Of a DNA stretch of 64,000 nt, positions 10,851-19,773 are shown in pieces. The DNA is taken from contig JANRJK010000013.1 of NCBI GenBank assembly GCA_033764015.1, positions 480,001 through 544,000 of the forward strand, read 5' to 3'. Position 1 is the stretch's first letter; every line of letters starts with the position of its first letter. The position numbers and the translations under genes are program-made. The notes under the pieces are model-generated. The model saw nothing but the letters and a program-made list of their open reading frames with translations. It had not been told where the DNA came from and searched no databases. The stretch comes from Candidatus Sumerlaeia bacterium (GTDB taxonomy: Bacteria; Sumerlaeota; Sumerlaeia; SLMS01; JANRJK01).

Positions 10851-13091
10851 TCAGTACGTGTAAACGCGGACCGTGTAGTTCGCGACCACCGATTGGCGGC
10901 GGAAGCTGATGACGCCCACGCGGTACGTTCCGGCGGGCACGCCCTTGTAGGAGATCTTCGAGTACTTGCCATCGCCGCCGTCGTCGTCGCGCACCACCAC
11001 GCGCGATCCCGCGAACAGATACAGTTCCGTGTCCCCACCGGCGGGGCCGCTCGTTTCGATCTTCACGTTCTGCGTCGAGTCCAGCGTGAACGAGTAGTAG
11101 TCCACGTCGCTGCTCGGCGACAGGTTGTAGGTGACCGCGGGACCGTTCACCGCCAGGGGGATCGCCTGCGCGGGCGTGTCGTTCGGCTCGCCGTTCTCCC
11201 CGATCGTCACGGTGATCCGGAAGGTGGCGGAAGTGTAGCCGTTCACCGAGACGTAGTACGTGTTCCCCGGCTGCAACTGCGGGTTGGAGTTGGCGTCCAC
11301 AACGACGAGTTCGTTCGAGTCGTCAAGATACGGGCGGAAGTCCCATGCGCTGGTCGTGGGGATCGCGCCGCGCCGCACATACAGGTCGGCGTCGCCGGTG
11401 CCTTCCAGCTGCGCGCGCAGTGAGCCGGTCCCCGACGGGACGCTGATCGTGAAATGGCGCCACTCACCCGCCCCGACCGTCGTGGTGATCGGCACGCCGG
11501 AGGTCAGCGGCGTGGTCTCGACGCCCTCCGGAATCGCGTTCACCGCCGCGGACAGGTTGACGAGCGGCTTCGTGATTCCCGCGATGCCTCCCGCCTTGGT
11601 GTCCGTGGTGCCTGTGCCCGTCGAGGTGAGCAGCGACTTCACCTCCGCGACCGTCGAGAGCCGGCCCCTGCGGGCGAGCGATGCTGACTGCAGCACCGCC
11701 GCCGCTCCCGCAACATAGGGAGTCGCCGCCGAGGTGCCGCCGAAATTGAATGTGTAGTCGCCGGTCTCGTAGCCGCCGGAGCCGGCGACGTCCGTGGAAT
11801 AGACCGCGTAGGATGGCGCCAGAACGTCGAGGAAAGATGCGGTGTTCGAGAACGCGCACACCTTTCCCGCGAATGTGGACGTCTCGAAGAAGGCGCCGGC
11901 GTAGCCGCCAAGCTCGCACGAGATGTTCGACTGGAGGCCCGGCAGGCAGCTCCCCGAGGAGATACACCAGCCGGGCTGCCCGACGTTCGCGTCGTAAACC
12001 GCGCCCACCGAGACGATGCTGGAGACGCAGGCCGGCGCCGACATCGAATCGCAGTAGCCGTTGTTGCCCGAGGCCGCCACGACGATGATGCCCGCGTTCG
12101 CCGCCGCATTGGCCGCGCTCAGGTACGACGGGTTCGCCGAGTCGCAACTCGACGCGGAGCCGTAGCGCCCGCCGCCCAGCGACATGCTGATCACGCGGAT
12201 CGGGTTCTGCGCGCTGGCGAACTGGTTCGTGATGCACCAGTTCATGCCCTCGACCACATCGACGTTCGAGGCGAGTTGGCTTTCACCGTCGGGGAACACC
12301 TTCACCGCTGCGATCTTCGCGTCGGGCGCGACGCCGCCGGTGTAGTCGCCGATCGCGCTGCCCGGCGAGGTGCCCGCCGCGATGCCCGCGCAAGCGGTGC
12401 CGTGCGCGCCGCTCGGGTTGCGCGGGTTCGTGTCTCCCGCGCCCGCGGTGTCGACGCCGGAAACAACCTTTGAGTTGGGGAAGCCCCCGCCTCCCAGCAT
12501 CGGGTGATTATAGTCCACGCCGTCGTCGAGGATCGCGATCGTCATTCCCGCCCCGCGGTAGGTGTTGCGGATTGGCAGGGCGTTCATGACCGAAAGACCT
12601 TGCTGGTCCTGCCGCGAGACGAAACGCTCCGGTTCGACTGCCAGCACCCGGGGGTCCGCCAGCAGGTCCGCCATCGCGAGCGCGTCCGCATCGAGGGCCA
12701 TCGCGGCGAACGCGTCGAATCGCGCCTCGACCCGGAAGGTCCCCGGAGTGAGTCCCGCGAGGATCGCGTCCTTCTCGCGCGAGAGGTCCCCGAACCACGC
12801 CGCGCGGGAGTCCTTGTCGGCCCAGTCCACCTCGGCGCGGCTCGCCGCCGGTTCGCGGTAGGTGACGATCACGCGCCCATAGCCGGTCGCCGGACTCACC
12901 GCCCGGAAGAAATCCTCCGGGTCGAGCAGCTTGTCGAAACCCTCCGCATCGACCAGGTAGTCGCGGGTGAATGAAGCGGCGTCGCTGCCCATGCCTTCCG
13001 CGAGCGATGGAATGGTGCTCGTGGGATCCGAGGCAAGGGCGGTGGCGGCGAGCAGCGCGGCGGCTGCCGCCGGAATCAGAGGGCGCAACAT
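10851..13091 (-). CDS. Secreted S8 (subtilisin-like) serine peptidase with two C-terminal PPC-type domains
   Basis: Signal peptide MLRPLIPAAAAALLAATALA; catalytic ILDDGVD, HGTACAG, GTSAATP; GDADLYVRRG and SDVDYYSF/DTELYLF PPC signatures. Confidence 0.9.
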   Translation of the reverse strand: MLRPLIPAAAAALLAATALASDPTSTIPSLAEGMGSDAASFTRDYLVDAEGFDKLLDPEDFFRAVSPATGYGRVIVTYREPAASRAEVDWADKDSRAAWFGDLSREKDAILAGLTPGTFRVEARFDAFAAMALDADALAMADLLADPRVLAVEPERFVSRQDQQGLSVMNALPIRNTYRGAGMTIAILDDGVDYNHPMLGGGGFPNSKVVSGVDTAGAGDTNPRNPSGAHGTACAGIAAGTSPGSAIGDYTGGVAPDAKIAAVKVFPDGESQLASNVDVVEGMNWCITNQFASAQNPIRVISMSLGGGRYGSASSCDSANPSYLSAANAAANAGIIVVAASGNNGYCDSMSAPACVSSIVSVGAVYDANVGQPGWCISSGSCLPGLQSNISCELGGYAGAFFETSTFAGKVCAFSNTASFLDVLAPSYAVYSTDVAGSGGYETGDYTFNFGGTSAATPYVAGAAAVLQSASLARRGRLSTVAEVKSLLTSTGTGTTDTKAGGIAGITKPLVNLSAAVNAIPEGVETTPLTSGVPITTTVGAGEWRHFTISVPSGTGSLRAQLEGTGDADLYVRRGAIPTTSAWDFRPYLDDSNELVVVDANSNPQLQPGNTYYVSVNGYTSATFRITVTIGENGEPNDTPAQAIPLAVNGPAVTYNLSPSSDVDYYSFTLDSTQNVKIETSGPAGGDTELYLFAGSRVVVRDDDGGDGKYSKISYKGVPAGTYRVGVISFRRQSVVANYTVRVYTY

Positions 13092-13405
13092 GGAGGTGCT
13101 CCGATCGGACTTGGAATTAGCTACAGGTCCGCTTCGGCGCGCCGCACGGCAACGGCAATCGTCTGGCATGAGCCGCGACGGGGCCGCTGCGGCGGTCCTT
13201 TCCCTTGACGGGCGGAGGCGCTGGCCATTCCCTCTTCCCATCACCCGCGTTTGCCCAGCCGCCCGCCCGAAAGTGCCAAGGCTCCACCGGCAACCCGGGT
13301 CATTCGCGCGCCTTGCACCGGAGTCGCTCTCCGCCAAGTCCAGCGCCCATTCAACTGCCGGCACTCCCGGAAGCCCCCGCCGCCCCACCACCCATCGGAG
13401 AATCT

Positions 13406-16400
13406 ATGCGGATTAGCGAAGTTGCGACCCTTAGCGGAGCCAACCCCAAGGACATCATCGATTTGGTGGAAGCCAAGCGCGAGGCGTTCGCGGCGAAGGG
13501 TTTCAAGATCAACAAGAAGCTCACCGCTTCCAGCGGCCTCGAACCCGAGGTCGCGGCGGAAGTCGTCGCCACCTTGGACCGCAGCCGCCAGGCCGCGATC
13601 GACTCCGAGAAGAAGGCGAGCGACGCCGTTAAGCACGAAGAGGCCGAGAAGCGCCGCGCGGAAGACGCGCGCAAGCGCGCCGAGCGCGACGTCGACGAGC
13701 GCCGCAAGGCCGAGGAGCGCCGCAAGCAGGCCGACCAGGAACTCGCCAAGCGCACCGAGGAGCTCGCGAAGATCGCTTCGCAGCGTGTCGCGCCCCCGCC
13801 GCCGGTCGCACCGCCCCCGGTCGCGCCGCCGCCCGCCGCGACTGCCCCCGCAGGCGCGCCGCCGCGTCCCCAGCAGCCTCGCCCCCAATCCCCCCCCATG
13901 AATCGCGGCGACCGCCCGCAAGGCGACCGGCCGCAAGGCGACCGCCCCTACCAGCCCCGCGGCGACCGCCCCCAAGGCGACCGTCCCCAGGGCGATCGGC
14001 CCTACACGCCGCGCACCGGCGACCGTCCCCAAGGCGACCGGCCATACCAGCCCCGCGGCGACCGTCCCCAGGGCGACAGGCCCCAGGGCGACCGCCCCTT
14101 CCAGCCGCGTGGCGACCGTCCCCAAGGCGACCGCCCGCAGGGCGACCGTCCCTACCAGCCCCGTGGCGACCGCCCCCAAGGCGACCGCCCCTACCCGCTG
14201 CGCACCGGTGATCGTCCGCAGGGCGACCGCCCGTACCAGCCCCGCGGCGACCGCCCCCAAGGCGACCGTCCCTACCCGCCCCGCACCGGCGACCGCCCCC
14301 AGGGCGACCGGCCCTACACGCCGCGCACCGGCGACCGCCCGCAGGGCGACCGTCCGTACCCGCCCCGCGCACCGGGCGACCGTGGCGGTTACCAGGGCCG
14401 CGGGCCCGGAGGCCCCGGCGGAGACCGCGGCGGCCCCCGTCCGGGTGGACCCGGCGGGCGTCCCGGCGATCCGCGCGGCCCGCGCCCCATGGGCGGAGGC
14501 CCCGGTGGCTTCGCCGCACGCGGTGGCGCCGTGGACACGACCACGCCGGAGACCGAAGTCGACAACCGGCCCAAGCGCGGGGACCCGCGCGGGAAGAAGA
14601 AGGACCGCGACTCGAGCATCAAGGACTTCGTCGCACAGGGCTTCGGCACCGACCTGAAGAACAAGTCGGCCGATCCGCGCGCCCGCAAGGGCCCGGTGAA
14701 GGCCGCCGCCCCCGCCGCGCGCCGTCGCGACGACGACCCGAAGCGCATCCGCCCCACGGAGTTGTTCCACCTCTCCGACGGCATCGAGCAGCGCCAGCGC
14801 GGCCGCCGTCCCACAGGCGGGCGCAAGGGCCCCGGAGGCGCGTCCGTCGCCAACGAGCCGGAAACCCGCAAGGTGACGCTGACCGGCGACTTCACCGTCT
14901 CCGATTTCGCCGCCAAGATCGACGTGCCCGCCTCCGAGGTGATCAAGAAGCTGTTCCTCATGGGCGAAGCGCTCACCATGAACCAGATGCTCAACCCGGA
15001 TCTGGCGGAACTGATCGCCTCCGAGTTCGACATCGAGGTCTCCGTCGAACGCGAAGGCGACGAGTTCGACATCGAAGAGTTCCAGGAAGAGGAAGACGAG
15101 TCGAAGCTGGTGCACCGCGCTCCCGTGGTCACCATCATGGGCCACGTCGACCACGGCAAGACGACGCTCCTCGACCGCATCCGCAAGGCGAACGTCGCGG
15201 CGAAGGAAGCCGGCGGCATGACGCAGCACATCGGCGCCTACAAGGTGGACACCACCAAGGGCCCGATCGTGTTCCTCGACACGCCCGGCCACGAAGCCTT
15301 CACCGCCATGCGCGCCCGCGGCGCCAAGGTGACCGACCTGGTCGTCCTGGTCGTCGCCGCGAACGACGGCGTGATGCCGCAGACCATCGAGGCGATCAAC
15401 CACGCCAAGGCGGCCGGCGTCCCCATCATCGTCGCCGTCAACAAGGTCGACCAGAACGGCGCCGACCCGATGCGAGTGAAGCAGGAGCTGATGTCGCATC
15501 AGCTCGTCGCCGAGGACTTCGGCGGCGAAACGATCATGGCCCACGTCTCCGGCCTCACCGGGCAGGGCGTCGACGAGCTCCTCGAACTCATCGCCCTGCA
15601 AGCCGAAGTGCTCGAGCTGAAGGCCAACCCGGACCGCCCCGCGGAGGGTTCCATCGTCGAGTCGCGCATCGATCCGCTGCGCGGCGCCGTCGCCACGGTC
15701 CTGATCCAGCGCGGCACGCTCCGGATCGGCGACGTCTTCCTTTGCGGCGTCGAGACCGGCCGTATCCGCGCGATGCGGGACGACAAGGGCAAGGCGCTCG
15801 AGGAGGCGGGGCCCTCCACGCCCGTCGAAATCCTCGGCATCTCCGGAAGCCCCGCCGCCGGCGAGCACTTCATCGTGCTCGACGACGAAGGCACCGCCCG
15901 CGACATCGCCGACCGCCGCCAGCACCGCCGCCGCAGCCGCGGCACGGTCGCCCGCGAGCACGTCACCCTTGAGAACCTCGCGCAGCATATCGCCGAGGGC
16001 GAAACAAAGACGCTCAACATCATCGTCAAGGCCGACGTCCAAGGCTCCGTCGAAGCGATCCGCGGCGCCTTGGAAAAGATCAAGAGCAACAAGGTCATGA
16101 TCCGGGTGCTCCACTCCGCGGTGGGCGGCGTCGGCTCCAGCGACGTGTCGCTCGCCGACGCCTCCGACGCGATCGTCATCGCCTTCAACGTCCGCGCGGA
16201 CGGCGAAGCGATGTCGCTGGCCGAGCGCCTCGGCGTCAGCATCCGACACTACGACATCATCTTCAACGTCATCGGCGATGTCGAAAAGGCGATGGTCGGC
16301 ATGCTCGCGCCGGTCATCGAGGAGAAGGTCGAGGGACGCATGCAGATCCTCCAGACCTTCCGCGCCTCGAAGATCGGCATGATCGCCGGCGGCGTCGTCC

Positions 16401-16630
16401 AGTCCGGCACCGTCAGCCGCAACCACAAGGTCCGGCTCATCCGCGACAGCGTGATTGTGTACACCGGGTCCGTCGCGTCGCTCCGCCGCGTGAAGGACGA
16501 CGTCAAGAGCGTCGAGACGGGCGTGGAGTGCGGTATCGTGCTCGAACGCTTCAACGACGTGAAGGTCGGCGACGTGATCGAGACCTACTCGATCTCTTCG
16601 AGGGAAGCCACCCTCGCCGAGAACAGGTAA
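13406..16630 (+). CDS. infB: Translation initiation factor IF-2
   Basis: GGAG RBS before [45 protein letters not shown] motifs. Confidence 0.97.
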   Translation: MRISEVATLSGANPKDIIDLVEAKREAFAAKGFKINKKLTASSGLEPEVAAEVVATLDRSRQAAIDSEKKASDAVKHEEAEKRRAEDARKRAERDVDERRKAEERRKQADQELAKRTEELAKIASQRVAPPPPVAPPPVAPPPAATAPAGAPPRPQQPRPQSPPMNRGDRPQGDRPQGDRPYQPRGDRPQGDRPQGDRPYTPRTGDRPQGDRPYQPRGDRPQGDRPQGDRPFQPRGDRPQGDRPQGDRPYQPRGDRPQGDRPYPLRTGDRPQGDRPYQPRGDRPQGDRPYPPRTGDRPQGDRPYTPRTGDRPQGDRPYPPRAPGDRGGYQGRGPGGPGGDRGGPRPGGPGGRPGDPRGPRPMGGGPGGFAARGGAVDTTTPETEVDNRPKRGDPRGKKKDRDSSIKDFVAQGFGTDLKNKSADPRARKGPVKAAAPAARRRDDDPKRIRPTELFHLSDGIEQRQRGRRPTGGRKGPGGASVANEPETRKVTLTGDFTVSDFAAKIDVPASEVIKKLFLMGEALTMNQMLNPDLAELIASEFDIEVSVEREGDEFDIEEFQEEEDESKLVHRAPVVTIMGHVDHGKTTLLDRIRKANVAAKEAGGMTQHIGAYKVDTTKGPIVFLDTPGHEAFTAMRARGAKVTDLVVLVVAANDGVMPQTIEAINHAKAAGVPIIVAVNKVDQNGADPMRVKQELMSHQLVAEDFGGETIMAHVSGLTGQGVDELLELIALQAEVLELKANPDRPAEGSIVESRIDPLRGAVATVLIQRGTLRIGDVFLCGVETGRIRAMRDDKGKALEEAGPSTPVEILGISGSPAAGEHFIVLDDEGTARDIADRRQHRRRSRGTVAREHVTLENLAQHIAEGETKTLNIIVKADVQGSVEAIRGALEKIKSNKVMIRVLHSAVGGVGSSDVSLADASDAIVIAFNVRADGEAMSLAERLGVSIRHYDIIFNVIGDVEKAMVGMLAPVIEEKVEGRMQILQTFRASKIGMIAGGVVQSGTVSRNHKVRLIRDSVIVYTGSVASLRRVKDDVKSVETGVECGIVLERFNDVKVGDVIETYSISSREATLAENR
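13907..14369 (+). repeat. Coding tandem repeat in IF-2 N-terminus: 24 GDRP units in 10 blocks of (GDRPQ)1-2 followed by GDRP(Y/F)xxR(T)
   Basis: Counted from translation; DNA unit approximately GGCGACCGNCCNCAR with synonymous variation. Confidence 0.95.
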
Positions 16631-16652
16631 CCCAAGACGCCACCCGCAACAA

Positions 16653-16683
16653 GAAGGGGCCCCTCTCGCGAGGGGCCCCTTTC
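16653..16683. terminator. Probable bidirectional rho-independent terminator
   Basis: AAGGGGCCCCTC-tcgc-GAGGGGCCCCTT stem just after infB stop, between convergent genes. Confidence 0.7.
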
Positions 16684-16703
16684 CATAGGCGCGGGCCCGG
16701 GCC

Positions 16704-17510
16704 CTATGCCGTGACGCGCACCGGGCACTCCTGCGAAAGCGCCATGTAGACCGCGAAGAGGAACCGCTTCAGGTCCCGGATCGAGGCATCGTCCATGGGG
16801 TAGGGATCGATCGCGAACTCGAGCCCCGGCGCATTCTCGCCGAGGGACCCGGGGTCTTCGACCGCGCGCGCGACATGCTCCGCGACCGCGTCGCCGTGGG
16901 TGCCGTCGGAGAGGCGCAGCGCGCCGAGCTGCAACAGCAGCCCCAGGCCGTGCTCCGGCCCGATCTCGCCCGGCAACAGCAACTCGTGAAGCAGCGCGTC
17001 TGTCGTCGCGCCCTCCCCGACAGCCAGCGGTTCCGGCCGCTCGATGAATCCGAGCCGCCTCCACTCCGCCAGCCGCGGGTCCGAGCCGTACCCGTGATCC
17101 TCGATCCCGGCGTCGAACAGCGAGCGCGCCCGCGTTCCCTCCGGGGCGAGGCGGCCCGCGAGCCACTCCTCCGCCGCAAGGCTGACCGGGAACGCGATCA
17201 CTCCGTGGCACCCGAAGGGGGCCTCGTCCACGTTCGCCGGGCAGCCCTCGCACTGCTCCTCGTAGGCTACGAGCGCCGCCGATTCCTCGCGCAGGCTCGA
17301 CACGGAGCGCCGGGCCTCGGCGACCTCCTCCCCGTCGGCCCGGCGCAGTACCACGATCATCCGCTCCTCGTCCTCGACTCCCTTCGTCTCCCGGAAGAGC
17401 CGCGCGAACTTCCCGGCGCGGTCGCGCAGGAAGACCAGCCTCTCCAACTCCTCCGGACCAAGTTCCTCCCTCGGCACGCAAGGGTAGTCGATGTAGTAGC
17501 GGATGCCCAT
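16704..17510 (-). CDS. Hypothetical protein with Cys motif (YPC...CEGCPAN...FGC), possible metal binding
   Basis: ORF with typical high-GC codon usage; ATG 14 nt after hpf stop; no family recognised. Confidence 0.75.
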   Translation of the reverse strand: MGIRYYIDYPCVPREELGPEELERLVFLRDRAGKFARLFRETKGVEDEERMIVVLRRADGEEVAEARRSVSSLREESAALVAYEEQCEGCPANVDEAPFGCHGVIAFPVSLAAEEWLAGRLAPEGTRARSLFDAGIEDHGYGSDPRLAEWRRLGFIERPEPLAVGEGATTDALLHELLLPGEIGPEHGLGLLLQLGALRLSDGTHGDAVAEHVARAVEDPGSLGENAPGLEFAIDPYPMDDASIRDLKRFLFAVYMALSQECPVRVTA

Positions 17511-17524
17511 ACGTTGCCTTCGAA

Positions 17525-17872
17525 TCAGTCCACCGGCGGGGCGACGCGCTTGCGGGCGGTCGCCGTGGCGCGGGCGGTGCGCGGAGTGGCCTGCTTGCGT
17601 TCCTTCTGCCGGGCGATCTGCTTCTGCACACGCCGGTAGGAGTTGTCGAACGCGCGGCCAAGATCGTCGTCCTCCGTCAGCGCGGCGCCATGGAATTGTC
17701 CCGCCGAGACCAGGATTTCGACCCGGAAGCGGAACTTCTCCTCCTGCATCACGACCTCGATCTGGTCCACCTTGTCGAAGTGGCGGCCGAGCCGCTCGCA
17801 CTTCTTGGCGATGACCTCGCGCATGCGGGGGGCGACATCCATCTTGTTGCGGGCGGTGATTCGAAGCGTCAT
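17525..17872 (-). CDS. hpf: Ribosome hibernation promoting factor (HPF/RaiA, short form)
   Basis: ITARNKMDV...KCERLGRHFD...DLGRAFD...KQIARQKER pattern; GAGGAG RBS. Confidence 0.85.
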   Translation of the reverse strand: MTLRITARNKMDVAPRMREVIAKKCERLGRHFDKVDQIEVVMQEEKFRFRVEILVSAGQFHGAALTEDDDLGRAFDNSYRRVQKQIARQKERKQATPRTARATATARKRVAPPVD

Positions 17873-18108
17873 GGCACGACTCCTCGTCGGTGATGGGACC
17901 TTACGGCGGCGGACGGGACGGGCGGGCCTTCGCGCCCTCCGCATCCAATCCACCACAACAACGACACGAATGACACGGACGGCGGGGAAAATCAAGTAGA
18001 ACCCGCCGCGGAATCCGCGCCACGGACGGCCTCCGATTCCCGTTTCCCCGCCCCGCGCGCCCTCGACACCATCACCCATCCAGATTCACCGGAAAGGAAC
18101 CCGCTCCC

Positions 18109-19440
18109 ATGTCCGTGAAGGGCAACCTGATCGTCGGCCAGTCCGGAGGACCGACCGTCGTCATCAACCAATCGCTCGTGGGCGTCGTCGAAGAAGCCCT
18201 CAAGCACCCCTGCATCCAAGGCGTCTACGGCATGCGCCACGGCCTCGAAGGCGCAATGAAGGAGGACTTCGTCGACCTCCGCCGCGAGTCGCGCCAGACC
18301 CTCGAAGACGTCGCCGCCACCCCGAGCGCCGCCCTCGGCTCCTGCCGCTTCAAGCCCAAGGAGGACGACTGCCGCGCCATCTTCAAGATCTTCGAGAAGC
18401 ACAACATCCGCTACTTCTTCTACATCGGCGGCAACGACTCCGCCCTCTCCGCCGGCATCATCAACAAGATCGCCCAGCAGGAAGGCTACGACCTCCGGGT
18501 CTTCCACTGCCCCAAGACCATCGACAACGACCTGCTCGTCACGGACCACTGCCCCGGTTACGGTTCCGCCGCCAAGTACGTCGCTCAGGCGTTCATGGGC
18601 AACGACATGGACAACCGCGCGATCCCCGGGGTGAAGATCGATGTCTGCATGGGGCGCAACGCCGGCTGGCTCACCGCCGCCGCCGCCCTCGCGAAAGTGC
18701 GCCCGGACGACGGCCCCCACCTCATCTACCTGCCCGAGCGCGGCTATACCCTCGCCGGATTCCTCGACGACGTCGCCAAGGTCTACGCCGCCAACAAGCG
18801 CGCTATGGTCGCCGTCTCCGAAGGCATCGCCGACAACGACGGCACGCCGTTTATCGAATCCGACAAGATCCGCGCAGAGCTGAAGGAACTGGGGATGGAG
18901 TCCATCCTCGCCAGCTTCGACGCGGCCGGGAAGGTCGAGGAAGCCTCGGGCGGCGCCAAGAAGGACGCCTTCGGCCACACGCAGCTCTCCGGCACTGGCA
19001 CGCTCGCCGACTTCCTCGCTTCCGCCGTCAAGATCCACATGTTCCGCACCATCGGGAAGAAGATCCGCTGCCGCGCCGACACCCTCGGCTATGCCCAGCG
19101 CTCCTTCGCCGGCGTCGCGAGCGTTGTGGACCAACTCGAAGCCCGCGATTCCGGCCGCGCCGCGGTCCGCACCGCCGTCGAGGGACGCCAGAGCGGCTCC
19201 ATCGTCTTCAAGCGCCTCCCGAGCGCCTACGGCAAGTACCTCTGCGACTGCGACTGCGCGCCGCTCGAGGACGTCTCCGGCGTGAACTTCCCCAAGGGCG
19301 TGAAGCAGTACCGCCCGATGGACGACAAGTTCATCGCGGCCTGGGGCAACGACGTGACGCAGGAGTTCATCGACTGGGCGCGCCCCCTTCTGGGCGACTT
19401 GGCGGTGAAGGGCTCGCTGGACGGCTACAAGGTAGGGTAA
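18109..19440 (+). CDS. pfp: Pyrophosphate-dependent 6-phosphofructokinase
   Basis: GQSGGPT, IGGNDS (Asp indicates PPi use), PKTIDNDL, MGRNAGWL, VSEG, LGYAQRS. Confidence 0.9.
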   Translation: MSVKGNLIVGQSGGPTVVINQSLVGVVEEALKHPCIQGVYGMRHGLEGAMKEDFVDLRRESRQTLEDVAATPSAALGSCRFKPKEDDCRAIFKIFEKHNIRYFFYIGGNDSALSAGIINKIAQQEGYDLRVFHCPKTIDNDLLVTDHCPGYGSAAKYVAQAFMGNDMDNRAIPGVKIDVCMGRNAGWLTAAAALAKVRPDDGPHLIYLPERGYTLAGFLDDVAKVYAANKRAMVAVSEGIADNDGTPFIESDKIRAELKELGMESILASFDAAGKVEEASGGAKKDAFGHTQLSGTGTLADFLASAVKIHMFRTIGKKIRCRADTLGYAQRSFAGVASVVDQLEARDSGRAAVRTAVEGRQSGSIVFKRLPSAYGKYLCDCDCAPLEDVSGVNFPKGVKQYRPMDDKFIAAWGNDVTQEFIDWARPLLGDLAVKGSLDGYKVG

Positions 19441-19453
19441 GTCCGAGTGGGGT

Positions 19454-19490
19454 TATCCGTAGGGGCTGGCCCTGCCGGCCCCTACGGGTA
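19454..19490. repeat. Palindromic hairpin, GTAG-type REP-like element or terminator
   Basis: CCGTAGGGGCTGGC-cct-GCCGGCCCCTACGG directly after pfp stop. Confidence 0.5.
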
Positions 19491-19773
19491 TACCCGAGTT
19501 GCCGCCTCCCCGTAGCGCGAAGTTCCTCGAATTCGCCCCTCGTCCTGTCCGATTTTCCGGGGGTGCAAGCCCGGATAAACGGGTTGACGCCTGAGCCGAT
19601 TTGGCGCATCTAACGGGCGAAAGCGCACAGGGCCAGAATGCTCCCAGCGATGTATCGTGGTTTCCCCCGAGTTCTTTGGCGCGCCTGCTTGCATGCAGGA
19701 GCGCCATTCCGTTTTCAAGACCTCAACAGCGCCGTTCCCACGCACCCTAGCCCCCCCCGTTCGGAGACCTGCC

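Noticed and set aside
13258..13280. TTGGCAC on the minus strand upstream of the S8 protease as a sigma-54 promoter
   Set aside because: No GC at the required -12 spacing.
13907..14369. Tandem DNA repeats that could be mistaken for a CRISPR array
   Set aside because: Units are multiples of 3, vary at synonymous positions, lack unique spacers and lie in frame within infB; no cas genes are present.
13241..16426. Long antisense ORFs (e.g. 13241-16426, 9185-11038, 26481-28502, 40424-42757)
   Set aside because: Shadow frames expected at high GC opposite well-supported genes; no motifs of their own.
19560..19773. Possible c-di-GMP or other riboswitch upstream of the giant adhesin
   Set aside because: Only scattered GAAA and GCACAGGGC words; I could not build the conserved stems. 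An Rfam/Infernal scan would settle it.
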